The notes below the pieces were generated by a model. The model saw only the letters and a program-made list of their open reading frames with translations, was not told the DNA's origin and made no database searches. From the NCBI RefSeq assembly GCF_009914755.1, contig NC_060942.1: a stretch of 64,000 nt of DNA. One strand, written 5' to 3'. The stretch comes from the human T2T-CHM13v2.0 reference genome, Homo sapiens. Of this stretch, positions 13,379 through 29,311 are shown in pieces; the first letter of the stretch is position 1, and each line of letters opens with the position of its first letter. The position numbers and the translations under genes are program-made.

Positions 13379-13909
13379 GGGATTTGAAATGTTGGTGAAA
13401 TATAATAGATCCACATGGAGTCCTAGTGCTTACAGAAATAATTTAAATGGAAAGTAGCACCTCTGGTATAAATACCAAACTAGGGAATCCAAATTGAAAA
13501 GAAAATATGAAATGCCCAGAAGAAGGCCATAAATAAATTTTGGAATTTATAATGTCTGGAAAAAGTGAGACTAACTTCTCAAAAATTTATGTCTACTTTT
13601 GAAAATCTAACCAAGATTATGAACATCATATATAATGCAAACAAATTCCATGGGGTAAATGAATATTAAGGTAAGATGACATGTACTAGATGTTGGGGTG
13701 TTATGAAAAGTGAATCCTAAAAATAACCAATTTCCTTTGAAAATATTGTGAATTCTACATACACGACTATCTTTACTATCTTTTAGCCTAGTATATTCTG
13801 GAGAACTGTTGCAATGGAAGACAGACAATGAGTTCCTGGGTTTCCAGTTGAAAGATTTTACTACTTTAAACATTTTAAAATCTTAGGAAAATCTACATGA
13901 TATCAAAAC

Positions 13910-14130
13910 CATTATTTGTTGAATACTCCTTGTATTCTATGTATTATGATAACTGATTTATGTACATTATCTCATTCTATCTATTCTTCTGACATACCTG
14001 TGGAGTAAGTTTTATTGTCCCACTTCATAGAGAAGGAATTTGAAGAACAGAAAAGTTGTTCACCTGTGATCACAAAGGTAGTGAATGGGAGAGCTGTGAT
14101 TCAAACCCATATTATTATGATACCCAAAAC
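13910..14130 (-). mobile_element. MIR
   Basis: TTATTGTCCCACTTCATAGAGAAGGAATTTGAAG..GATCACAAAGGTAGTGAATGG..GATTCAAACCCA. Confidence 0.65.
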
Positions 14131-14297
14131 ACTGCCATATGTTATAGGCTCCCCAGGCTGTTGTTCATGACATTTGTTCATGTGTTCATTCAACAAATAT
14201 TTTATAGAACATCTACTATATTTTAAGTGAAGTGCTTTACATTCCATCTTACAGTTTATTTAACCCTTGTGACAACATGGATGAATGCTTCTCATTA

Positions 14298-14680
14298 TCC
14301 CAGCATGGCTAGGATAAAAGCGGGCAGAAGAACATGGAAGGACTAGACTGACTGAATCTTCTGGCCTCCATCTTTCTCCCATTCTCAATGCTTCCTGCTC
14401 TCGAACGTCAGACTCTAAGTTCTTCAGCTGTTGGACCCTTGGACTTACCCCAGTGATTTGCCAGGGGCTCTTGGGCCTTTGGCCACAGACTGAAGGCTGC
14501 ACTATCGGCTTCCCTACTTTTGAGGTTTTGGGACATGGACTATCTTCCTGGCTTCTCAGCTTGCAGATGCCCTATTGTGGGACTTCACCTTGTGATTGGG
14601 TGAGTTAATTCTCCTAATAAATTCCCCTTCACAAATTCATCTATCCCATTAGTTCTGTCCCTTTAGAGAACTCTAATTCA
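14298..14680 (+). mobile_element. MLT2A-type (HERV-L) LTR lacking its 5' end
   Basis: GGCCACAGACTGAAGGCTGCACTATCGGCTTCCCTACTTTTGAGGTTTTGGGAC and the terminal CCCATTAGTTCTGTCCCTTTAGAGAACTCTAAT. Confidence 0.85.
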
Positions 14681-15457
14681 GTAGGTGAACAAATGTTTCT
14701 CGAATATTTGAGCAAAAGCTCCTTGTCTATTTGGTATCTGAAGAAGACAGACACCTAGGATATAAATTAGCAATTCAGGCTATCATTTTAGCAGAATAAT
14801 AAAGCCTCAATGGGAAGAAATAGAGGCTAGTGTCCAGACTGATTTCAAGAGAGTGGTCCCAGGTGCCCAGAGATAAACAGGCACTGCCAAAAGGCAGTTT
14901 GCTTCAAGCATTTATAGGAAAAATTTCTGAGGGAGTTACAAAGAACTGTGTCCCTCCTTTTTTCCCAGGAGGTATGAGCAGAGGGGAACAGAATGACGGC
15001 AGTAACGTGCAGTCTCAGCTTTATGCTTGTTTTTCTCTCTGAGGCTCTCATCAATGTAACATGCTATAAATGCAAGCTGGTGTCTTTGATGGAAGAAATG
15101 GTGAAAAGGTAAAAAGGATTGAGGAATGCCTTGCAGGATTCTGACAAAATAAGAAAGCCAGGAAGAATAAGTCCCCGAGGAGACAACAGGAATGAAAACA
15201 GATGTCCAGAGTTGTAGCTATAAAAATGCAAAATAGAAGAAAAAAGAAAGTTCTTCCATAGCATGCATAATGGATGGTAATTCCAGGCGGCATACTAAAC
15301 ATAAGCAGTGTCAAAACTCTGAAAAAAAAAATAAAGTGATTAGCTAATGCTGGAAGGTGTAAATGTAATCTAAATGCCTTGTTCAGTAAAAGGTTAAGGG
15401 CAAAGTTATTCTCCAGTTAAATGGTAAGCTCTTTTGAGGGCAGGAACCATGACACAT

Positions 15458-15841
15458 TGTATTAGTCCATTCTTGCACTGCTATATAGAAATATCTGAGA
15501 CTGGGATTGGGTAATTTATAAAGAAAGGAGGTGTAATTGGCTCATGGTTCTGCAGGCTGTACAGGAAGCATGGCTGGGGAGGCCTCAGGAAACTTTCAAT
15601 CATGGCGGAAAGGGAAGCAGGCACTTCTTACAGGGCTGAAGGAGGAGGAAGAGAGTAAAGGGAGAGGTGCTACACACTTTTAAACAACCAGATCTCATGA
15701 GAACTCACTCGCTATCACGAGAACAGCAAGGGACAAATCCACCCCCATGATTCAGTCACCTCCTACCAGGCCCCTCCTCCAACACTGGGGATTACAATTC
15801 TACATGAGATTTGGGTGGGGACACAGATTCAAACTATATCA
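15458..15841 (-). mobile_element. MSTA-type MaLR solo LTR inserted in an L2 3' fragment
   Basis: Runs from TGTATTAGTCCATTCTTGCACTGCTAT to GGGGACACAGATTCAAACTATATCA; near-TSD CACAT/CACAC. Confidence 0.88.
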
Positions 15842-17654
15842 CACACATAAGTTTCTATCTTTTGAAGCTTGCACAATACCTAACACATTAGTGTCTGTTG
15901 AATTGACTAAACATACACAAACACATACAAACAGGAACTGGAAGGCATGGTAGATATCTTCGAAGGATATAATAGCTCTGCAGATCTCAGAGTGCTTAAA
16001 AGAAGCAAGAAATACAGAAATAGTTTGTCCTACCAGGAAGAACCAATCAGCAGTTACAAATAAAATGGAAAATCATGAACTACGGTGAGTAATACCTAAT
16101 GTGAATGATAACAACCTCAAAAGTATGAAGTCAGTGGTTCCTTGGGAAGGACACAAACAAAGAGAGCCAGCAACTGAAAGCCCTTCTGAAGGCCTGGGGC
16201 CCAGAAGCAGAGAGCAAATATTAGAGGAAACAATGGCCAGTTTGTAGAGAGCAAGAAAAAAATGTATGGAAAGTATGAAGGAGAGAGAATTCACAAGAGA
16301 AACAGACTTCATAAGGGATTAATTAAACAACAAGTGAATTGCAAAGAGTATGCCAATTTTCTGCAACATAAATAACAGAGCAAATGAAACATTTGAAAAC
16401 CTAGAAAATCAGCAGTGTCTTGAGGCACTAGCCTAGTCAGGCTGCCTAATGAACTGTTACTGACCATCAGTGTGGACCCCCAAATTTAAATTACCAGATC
16501 ATAACTGACAGAGATATGGATGTAATTAGTTTTTGGAAAATAAAAAAACTATAATTCATAATATTTAGTTTCACTATATAAAATTTTATGTTCACCCACA
16601 GCTCAAGTTGTATTTAGATAACCCTATTTTGCCTAAATGCATAATATTGAAACTATAATAAGGCATCTCAGAGTAAACTGAATTGAGTAAACTCTGATTG
16701 CCTTGTTATAGGTCAGAGATGGGCCATGCCTCGCTGAATTTTCTGAACCTCTAGTCATTTGGCAGAGAGGAACAAGGGGTTACAGCCTTGGTATCCTGAC
16801 ATGAGGAGACATTCCAATGAATCCTATTAACCAGGAACTAATAGTTGGGGGAAGTGGTAATTTCTGGGTCTCTATTAAAGGGTATAGAGGTAGCTCACCA
16901 GGAGGCAAAAGCATGAGGTAGGATGGAGAGAACTTTTAAAATTCATCACTTTCTTTTGGTGTCATTTACTTTTCAGGAAAACTGGAATTGAGGCTATCTT
17001 CATAAGGAAGTTGGAATGCATTTCTAATGGATGGTTAATAGATTTTTTTAAGGTTATGAATTCATTTGAAAGGTTTGAATCTTCTCCCTGGAAGAATTCA
17101 TAAAAACAAAAATGAGCAATTTTATGAAATTCTCCAAATCTTCTGAAGTTTATCCATGAAGTCATATAGATTCCATAGAAGTTGGGTTAAGAAGCCAGCC
17201 TCCAGTGACTTTCAAGTCTTTAGTTAAAAGCTAAGAGACTTGGAAAAGTAGAGAATTTATATTTTTGACTATGTTTTAAATTTAAAGTTGTGACTTCACA
17301 AGGTATGAGAACCTAATGATGTCAAAATTACAGTTTAATTTTTGAGTCCAGATAAAATTTTTATGACATTGAGACAAACTTTTTTTGAACCTTTACCTGA
17401 TAGTTCTGAGGCTAATATAAACTAACTAAATAAAATAGATTGCCTCTCTAAAGGTTTAAGTTAAGAATTTTGTGTTATATCAAAAGACAGAATTGAGTCA
17501 TTTAAAAATAAATTGGACAGAATAAACTGAAGATCATAGAAATGTTTTCTCTAGGAGTGAGAGTCTAGAATGAAGAACAGAACTAAGAAATAGTGAAGAT
17601 GCTGACCTAAAGAACAATGGGAAAGAAATTAACTCAAAAAAATTCAATGCTCTG

Positions 17655-17813
17655 ACAGACAGGAAGAAAGAGAAAGAGAAAGAGGGAGGAAGAGAGGGAG
17701 AGAGAGAGAGAGAGACACAGAGAGAGAGAGACAGAGAGAAAGAAAGAAAAACTCCTGCTTGCTTTGTTTTCCAGAGAAAGAGAGAGAAACTCCTGCTTGC
17801 TTTGTTTTCCAGA
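17655..17813. repeat. GA-rich simple repeat with an adjacent 27-bp duplication
   Basis: (GA)n tract; AAACTCCTGCTTGCTTTGTTTTCCAGA at 17749-17775 and 17787-17813. Confidence 0.9.
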
Positions 17814-19869
17814 CAGTTAATTTTCTATAACATATTAACAAATTGGAAGAAACGAAAAACCATCAGAGGTATTAAAATTACCAGACAAGGCCTAAATCAA
17901 AGCAGGAAAAACCAGAAAGTCCTTTCACCCTTGACAAGTTTCAGATTCCCTTGAAATATGAGCTTTAGCCTCAGTGACAGTAATGGGAGTTATACGTGCG
18001 CCTGGAGAAAGGAATCACCCAGTTATGACAGCTGCATAACTAAACACCATGAATCATGTTGGAAAAGTTCCTAGGAGCCAGATCCATGGCCAAAAGCCAT
18101 GAAAACCCCCAAGGAACGAATGAATCCTGACTTTTTAGAGGGCTGACTGTTGGGAAATTGAGGGCCCATTAAAATCGTTTGAATGCTGCTTTTTTCAGAT
18201 GGTGAAACTCTGACATAGAAAGAGAGCCTGAGTAGTTTGTCCCCTATTCTGAATATAATTTCTAACAATGCCAAAGGAGGAAGTCTTACTTCAAACCATG
18301 GGCAAAGGACATAGCCTGCAGAGTAGAACAAAACAATTTTCTTAGCTCTTTGTTACATACCGACAAAACAGATAAAATTGAACTATCCTCACCATAAGCA
18401 GTTTCAAACCATTCTAACGGTAAGCAAAAACTAGTTGTTTGCCTAAATGCTAATGATGATTCTTCACTATCACAGTGGATTAAATTCTATGTAGTTTGGT
18501 GTTTTGATTTTAGTAAGGTAATATATTTCCCAGGATCGCTGGTGCAAAAAAGATTAGTCCACTCATAATGGTGAAGAGTCAGGGCTGGCCTTGTGTGGGG
18601 GAAGTCATACATATCATTTCAAACCCACTGGAGGGTCCCTTTGCTTAAACAGTGACCTACTTACCCTGCTCTCTGATGTTCAAAATGTCAAAAGTATATT
18701 CTTTTATTTTGTTTTGTTTATACCAAATAGACACTTTGTCTTAAAATGTAAATATCTCTTAAAGAGGGAATACTTCACGTTTTCTTAATCATTTGCAACT
18801 CACAAAGATATTATATGCAATATCTTTTTTTTGAAATTCTGTCTTCATAGATCTGATTCCTTACATTCTGTGGCAAGATAAAGAACCAGAGCTGGAGACA
18901 CTGCAGGTGGCCAAACAGTGTGCTGTGGGGTCAGCCTAATACATATGCAGAGTAGAGAATGCCCATGAACCTGTTGGAAACTGGTGTGTTACTATGATTT
19001 TCAGTCTCTGCAATCATATTTTCCACAGGTACATATTTTTAGTCTTTTTTATGGCAGAGTCACCATTTTGGACATTCTTATGTATTAGATACAAGAGGGT
19101 TAGTGAAATGCATTCTTTTTTCTTGGTCTACAATAGTATATTTTAAAAATCTTTTGAGATTTATATTAAAAATAATTCATGTTGAAAAAAGTTGCTATTT
19201 TTTTGTGCAAAAAAATGCAGTTAGCACTGATGGCTAAACCAGCTGAAAGTGCATTATTAACGACATAGTAGAGAAAAAATTTTAATATATTTATTTTTTA
19301 AATGTGATTTATGCCTATAGTTGAGCATGGATATAAAATGTCCTTCAAATTCATTTCAAACAGTCTTTGAAAACACACTATTTGTAGCAGTCAGAACACT
19401 GGTGCACGTATTCATGCTGATCTGCTATAATTTTTTTAGGATCCCCTTAATTTAAGGAAAATAGCTCCTTACAGACCAATGTAAAAGCGCAGCCTGAGCT
19501 ATCTCCCATTACTTGTTCTCCAGTCTACTATGTTCTATGAAGTTATAACACATTAAAGTTGCATAAAAAGACTTCTGAGACATCTGAAGATTTGAAAGAA
19601 AAAAGGCTCTAAAGGCCAACTGTGCCTACTGGTACAGAGATTTGAAAACTATGGCCGTCATGCCTATGCACCTCATACTCGAACAAGTGAGTAGTGCAAA
19701 GTTCATCAGAGGGCCACAGAAGCAGAAAACAACGGCTGTAAGTGCTTTCTTTGTACCTGGACTCCTGGACCTAGGGAACCCTAACAATTGTGCATCAGAT
19801 CCAAAGGTAAAAAGGCCTCTGTAGGGAAACTGAGTAGAAACTGTACTGAAATGTACATATCATGATCAT

Positions 19870-21765
19870 TGTGTAAATAACCAGACCGAGACAATCAAAG
19901 TGAAATTGATAACATGAATGACCCTATAACCATTGAAGATTAAATTTAATATTAAAAAGCTCCTAAAAGAAATTTCCAGGCCCAGGTGGCACCACTTGAT
20001 AATTCTGCTAAACATTTAAAGAGGCATTAACATAAATTTTACACACTCTCTCCCAGAAATAGAAGAGGACTAAACACTTCCCAACTCATTTTATGAGGCT
20101 AGCATTTTGCTAATACTAAAATTAGACAATCAGGTAAAGATAGTTTTAAAAAACTAATAAAGAAAAAAAAGAAAGATGGCTACAGATGAGTATCTCTCAT
20201 GAATTTAGATTCTCAAGTAATTATTAGCAAATCAAATCCAGCAGTATGTAAAAATAATTATACACAAAGACCAAGTGGGATTTATTCTAGGTATGCAAAG
20301 CTGATTTAACATTAAAAAATCAATTAATCTAATCCACCATATCAACAGGCTAAAGAAAAAATCATAAATCATGTAATCATATCAACTGATGCAGAAAAAG
20401 CATTTGACAAAATCCAGCACTCATTCATGATAAAAGCTCTCAGAAAACTAGAAAGAGAGGGAAACATTTTTAAGTGGAAAAAAGCCCTATACAAAAACCC
20501 TGCAGTGAACATCATACTTAATGGTGAAAGACTGAATGTTTTTTCCCTAAAATTAGGTAGGTAGAATGGAAGAATGTCTGCTCTCATCATTCTTATTCAA
20601 AGTATTGGAAGTTGTAGACAGCACAATAAGGAAAAAAAAGAGAAAAGAAAAGAAAAAGGCATCCGTATTGAGAAGGAAGAAACAAAACTGTTGTTATTTG
20701 CAGATGACATGATTGTCTATGTAGGAAATCCCAAGGAATCTACAAAATACCTCTTAGAACCAATGAGTTCATCAAAAGCAAAGGATAGATCATCCTAAAA
20801 AAATTAATAGCATTTCTGTAAACTAACAATGAACATTTGGACATTTAAAATATAGTATGATTTATAATTGCTCTAAAATAAAATATTTGATATAAGTCTA
20901 ACAGAACATATACAAAATCTGAATTCCAAAAATTACAAAATGCTGATGAAAGAAATCAAATATCTAAATAAGTAGAAACTCATACAAAGTTAATGGACTG
21001 AACAAATTAATATAGTAAAGATGCCAATTGTCCCTAAGTTGATCTACAGGTTGAATGAAACACCTGTTAAAGTTCAAACCAGTGGTTTTTGGTACAACAC
21101 AACAATCTTAGTCTAAAACTTATATATAAAGGCACTGGAGCTAGAATAGCTAAAATAATTTTGGAAAAAGAGAATAGAGTGGTAAATATAACTCTATGTG
21201 ATGAAAAGGCTTATGTATAGCTACAGTAAAATCAACACCTATCATACACACATTGATCAACAGATCAGAAAAGAAAACTCAGAAATAGACCTATACCAAT
21301 ATGCTGAAGTTATTTTAGATTTTTGACAAAGGTGCAAAAGCAATTCAATGGGGGATAGTCTTTTTAACAAATGATGCTGGGGCTATTACAGACAGGCAAA
21401 AAGAAAATGAATTTTGACCTAAACCTCACTTCTTATACAAAAATTAACTCAAAATGGATAACATACCAAATGTAAAACATAACATTATAGTAATTTTAGA
21501 AAAAAATATAAGAAAATGTTTCAGGACTAAGCTAGTCAAAGAGTTCTTAAACTTGACACCAAAAGCATAATCCATAAAAGCAAAAACTGAAAAATTGATA
21601 AAGTGAATCTCATCAAAATTAAAAACTTTTGCTCCACATAGACCCTGATAAGCAGATAAAAAGCCAAGCTACAAACTGCGTGAAAATATTTGCAAACCAT
21701 CTATCTGACATAGGAATTGTATCTAGAATATGAAAAGAATTGTCAAAACCCAATAGTTAAAAAAT
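19870..21765 (+). mobile_element. L1M ORF2 fragment (reverse transcriptase region), decayed
   Basis: Track ORF 20574-20798 contains GIRIEKEETKLLLFADDMIVYVGNPKEST, the L1 RT FADD motif; many stops and frameshifts. Confidence 0.9.
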
Positions 21766-22519
21766 CAGTTTTAGAACATTTTACCCACCCCAAAAGAAAC
21801 TTAATACTCATTAACAATCATTCCCAATCCTACCCTCCTACTATTCTCCCCAGACCCAGGCAATGGCTAATCTAATTTCTGTCTTAATTGATTTACTCAA
21901 ATGTAATCATACGATATGTGGCTGGCCTCTTTGACTTAGCATGGTATTTTCAAGGTTCATCCATGTTGCCACACGCATCAGTACTTCATTCCTTTTCATA
22001 GATGAATAGGATTACATTTTCTGGATATATCACATTTTGTTCATCCCCTTATCAATATGAATAATTGACTTGCTTCCATGTTTGGCCATTAAGAATAATG
22101 CTGCTCTGAACACTCATGTCCAAGCATTTGTATGGGTGTGTGTTTTCCATTCCCTTGGGTATATATACATAGAAATGGAATTGCTGGGTCATGAGATAAC
22201 TTCAGGTTTAACATTTTGAGACGTTGCAAAACTGTTTCTGAACTGGCTGCAAATTTACATTCTCACTAGCAATCGTACAAGAATTCCAATTTCTCCATAT
22301 CCTGGTCAGCACTTGCTATTGTCTGTCTTTTTGATTATAGCCCTCCTAGGGGATGTGAAATGGTATCTCATTGTAATTTGGATTTGCATTTCCCTAGTGA
22401 CTGAAAATGTTGAGCACTATTAGTGATACATATTTTATCATTTGTATATACTCTTTGAGAAATGTCTATTCAGATACTTTGCCCATTTTAAAATTAGGTT
22501 CGCATTTTATTATTATTAT

Positions 22520-24550
<2,031 letters not shown>

Positions 24551-26054
24551 AATTTCATGATTTTTCTGCAAGAATAGTAAAATGGATGACCTTGGAGTCC
24601 CATTTCTTCATAAGTGACTTTATGCAATATGAGATTAATTTCCCTGTTAACAATAGTTTCAAGACAGAAGTGAGTGTAGAGAGAAGGGGATGAAAGAAGA
24701 GATTTTCAGTTTATAAAGATCTGTACGCTTTGTCTTTTTTTTTTTTTAGTGCATGTACTTCTTTTATAAATGGAGATGGAAGAAAAATGATGGCAGATGC
24801 TGTTTGGCAGCAAAGCAGCAGTGTTACCCTCATCACTATTTGTATTCAGATAGCGGGAACCTTGTCACTGTGACACTGTGTCTCCGTGAAATGCTGCGTT
24901 TGTGACTAGTTGTGTCCAAAGTTTGATTTCTCACAGATCAGCAAGGGGCTGGGATCCTGTCACAGCCTGTTCAGGGTTGCTATGATTATACTTGCCTTCC
25001 AGGAGCTGGGTGCACCCCACCCCTTCCCTCTGCCCTTCCTCTTCTCCTCTTATTTTGTTATTGAGTTGTAAGAGTTATTTATATATGCTGGATACCAGTC
25101 CATTATCATATATATGATTTGCAGCTAGACAGGATTTTAAGTATCAACAAGCATAATCTCCATCTTTCATAAATGTGTGCCGAGGATTAGAGACATTAAA
25201 AGAGAAATGATAGATCATTGATTTGGGGCAGAAACAGACTCGCATCCAGATGTTCCTACTATCAGGTGTGGGAGGATACTGCAAATGCAAAATAAATGAA
25301 GAAGTATATCTTCCAAGCTTCATACTTCTTCACTTCAGCTCAGCACTAAACTAAATGCTCTCATGAAGTAACAGAAGTGTTTAACTCCACTGAGCCCCAT
25401 ATTAGGAGTCACAAAAGAACTTCTCTGTGAACTTCATTTAACCTTTCTGACCAAGGAGATCTTTTCCATTGAAGTAATATCTAATGGAGCATTTTCCAAG
25501 ATGTTTTTTATTGATATGCGTAGCAAGAGATCCATCCTGATGGGTATAAACACCCTTAAAAGGAAAACATGTACAAAACAGTACATTATTAATGAAGATT
25601 GTACTCAATGTATAAGACCACATGAGTAATGTTAAAAATCACAGAAATGGTGTTGGTTTCATTTTGGGGCTTTAAGAAATACTGTGTCATTAGAGCATAT
25701 GTGACAGTCTAGTTTGAAAAATATAACAAATTAAAGTGGGACTTTTCAAAAGGGATTTCTTTCCGAAAAGGTCAGCTATAAAAACAGGGAGTGGGGGAGA
25801 TTTCTTACTCCCAAGATCACCAAAATAACATCATTTATTGGACTTGATGCCCATATGTGAAGTTTTACAATGTTCATCACTAAATGTAACAAATGTAGTT
25901 AGAAAGCAGTAAACTTAGAAAAGAATCAGTACCAATGATATAGGTAATAATAACAGAGAAAATTGAAAATTTTTTGCCCTTTTCCAAATACATATATCAT
26001 TTTGTTTTTAGGTTAGTCATTTTAGGATAAAAACTAAGATTTTTTGGGGGGGGG

Positions 26055-26284
26055 GGCGTGGTTTACAACCTCCTCCTCCCAGGTTCAAGCGATTCTCCTG
26101 CCTCAGCCTCCAGAGTAGCAGGGATTACAGGCGCCTGCCACCACGCCCTGCTAATTTTTGTATTTTTAGTACAGACAGGGTTTCACCATGTTGGCCAGGC
26201 TGGTCTCGAACTAAGCTCAAGTGAACCGCCCACCTCAGCCTCCCAAAGTGCTAGAATTTCAGGCATGAGCCACCGTGCCTGGCC
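26055..26284 (-). mobile_element. AluS with a truncated or scrambled 3' end
   Basis: Left arm and most of the right arm are present; the 3' end is replaced by a T run followed by a G run. Confidence 0.9.
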
Positions 26285-26646
26285 GTGTGCACAGATTGTC
26301 TTTGTGTCTTACGGTTCACATTTTGATGTAAAGAGACAAACTGCACCTCATTTTAATGCTAAAACCCTGCCCTAAAGTGAACATGTGATGTATGTTACAT
26401 GTATGTTTACCGGTTATGCATGTGCTCAGCTCCCCTCATAAATATGTGTAGCTTTTTCCCCAAACATGCTGAATATGCATGATACAGACACTGTAATGCA
26501 TAAAACCCAATCTGTCCTTCCCCTTTTCAAAGAGAGAGCACCTTTGTTCCACACTGGAGACTTTCTTTTCCCAGCTTGGAAACCATTATCACCAATAAAG
26601 CTCTCTTTTCTACCGTTTAGCCATCCTGGTGGTCTTTTGGACAACA
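26285..26646 (+). mobile_element. ERV1 MER4-group LTR, 3' half (MER72/MER49-like)
   Basis: CCTCATTTTAATGCTAAAACCC..CCAATAAAGCTCTC..GGTGGTCTTTTGGACAACA terminus. Subfamily uncertain. Confidence 0.7.
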
Positions 26647-28976
26647 GATGCCAATAGGTATTTCTGCACTTCAGCTCGTACAGGCAGCATTCTGGGGAGA
26701 AGAGGTGTACTTTCAGGGCTGTTTGCTCCCAAACTTTGGATGGAGGAAAAGATGGAAATAACTAACAGGAATTTATCTAGAAATAATGAAAGAAGTCTCT
26801 TTCATGGTAAGGATTGGGGTTGAATTTCTGCAGAAATTCCTAAGGTATGTGAAAAATTTGGAGTTTTTGCTGGTGGGCCTAAAGACTAAGAAGTGAGAAG
26901 AAAAGAGAAACCATGTGTACCTAAGCAGGAGAGGGGCTCTGCAATGTGCCAATATGCTGAGGCCCAAGAGAGAGACAGCTAGCATGACATCTCTCCATCT
27001 TTGACAGACAGTGGTTTAGGGGCCCTCTAGGAGCAGCTGAATTCTGAGTTGTGCTTTTTTGTTAATTCTCTTATGATAGTCTCAAGTCACTTCTAAAGCT
27101 TTTTGAACACAAAAGTCTAAATTCAGTGGGGTTTAGGGAAATGTAAGCTGGAGCTCTGCAGGTGGGGCAAAGCAGACCAAGGAAAGTAATGCAATACAAG
27201 AAGCAGTCAGGAGACAGCAGGAAGAAATGAAAGAAGATGCCGGGATGGCAGTCTGGAGGGAGAGGTGACAAGTGACACCCAGTTTGCACTAGGTACTCCC
27301 TAAGCATTCTTAACATTTCTTAGGAAAGGGCCCAGGATATCTTCTGAATTAGGGACTAGAGTATTTTATTTTCTCCAAATAATCAAACCCACAATAATTT
27401 TCTTGTCCAGAAGACAAGAAAATCTGGAGAAACTTAGGGTGCATTTGTAAATTCTGGATTTGCAGTGCTAAGCTGGAAAAGGTCAGGTCTTCTACATCAC
27501 TTTAACAATGCCATGCAGCCATGTGCTGGCCTCATTTCCAACAACAAAAAAAGAAGAAACAAAAGCTGCAGATCCCTTTGTCTGAATTTTCTGACACCTA
27601 TTTTTTATAGAGTGATCTTTCTTTTCCTCCTGGCTTGATCACGTCACTCATGGTGCTCAAGAGTGCTTCATAGGGAGATCAGCGACTTTCTCAAGCACGT
27701 GATTGGATGGCACATAATTCTCTTTGGCTGAAGGAGCAGTAGCTTCTTTACAGTTGAATAGATTTCATAGTCAGCAATCTCAGAATTATATTAGAAGATA
27801 ATTTCTTGCTGACTAAACAAATCATGGTACAATATAAGTTAGACACCTTCTCTGGAATTAAAGCAGCCTTGGTTGCTCTAAATATAAAAAGAGAACATTG
27901 ACCTTTCAATACTGACCATACAATGGCCAAACATCTTTGCTACAACATTTGCAATTTGCAGAACAAGGAGTTGCCATAGCTCTGCTGAATGATCATTTGT
28001 TGGATTCCATGAATCTCAAAAAAATGAAAGGATCTCTCTTTAGGTGTGTCTGGGGCTATCAAAGTAAACAAGTCAGATGAATTATTGATAGGCTTTGGAT
28101 CAATGAAATGCCACTGGAATGACAAATGATAAGCACAGTAAAACTGTCACAATCCTTATTCCCCAAATACTGTTCACCAATTCCTCCCACCTAGCCTTAC
28201 TTATATCAATCTATCTCAAATGACTTCTTCCCCTACAACCACCACACACATTTTTCCAACATCAATTAATTCTGTCTTGTCTCATAAGACCTATTTGTAG
28301 GGTCAGCTACCCCATGAAACCTTCTCCAAATAATCAAACCCACAATAATGTTCGATCTTCTCAACACTAACTTTTAGAACTTCTATTATTTGTACTAGGA
28401 ATTAAATTACCTAAAATCTATAAGGTTCCTGGTACATTCTAGCCCACCCCATGAAAAGATCATTGAGTTAAAGTCTAAAGCCTTCATAAAATTGTTAGTT
28501 CCCTCCCGATCTCCTTCTCTGTTGGCACTTAGCATAGGGTACCACATCTGTGTATTATGGCTTCTTAAGAATCATGTTTTCTAACTTTTTTTTCTTTCGT
28601 ACCTACTATCTATCCTCCACAAATATAAAGAGTATTTTAATTATCAATTTCTGCAGCTTCCATTTCCACCGTGACACTGAATTGCAGAGAAGTGTTGGAC
28701 TAAATGTTGCCATAGATCAATATTATAAAAAGGCCCTATTCTTAGTCTGGTGCCACCCATGAAATGGAACAAATATTAACTAACATGAAAAGTGACATTC
28801 ACCTATGGATTGTGCCATAAAGTAGTGAGCAGTATGTCAAACATAAATGTGTTTCAAATGTGTATTCAAATTTCAGGTATAGTTTATTGAAGTTTACCTA
28901 TAACTTCTCATCCCTGGCCTTTGGAGTATACATTTCTAAGCTTTTATTAAAAGTATATTAAAAGTTCTAGGACAGG

Positions 28977-29311
<335 letters not shown>

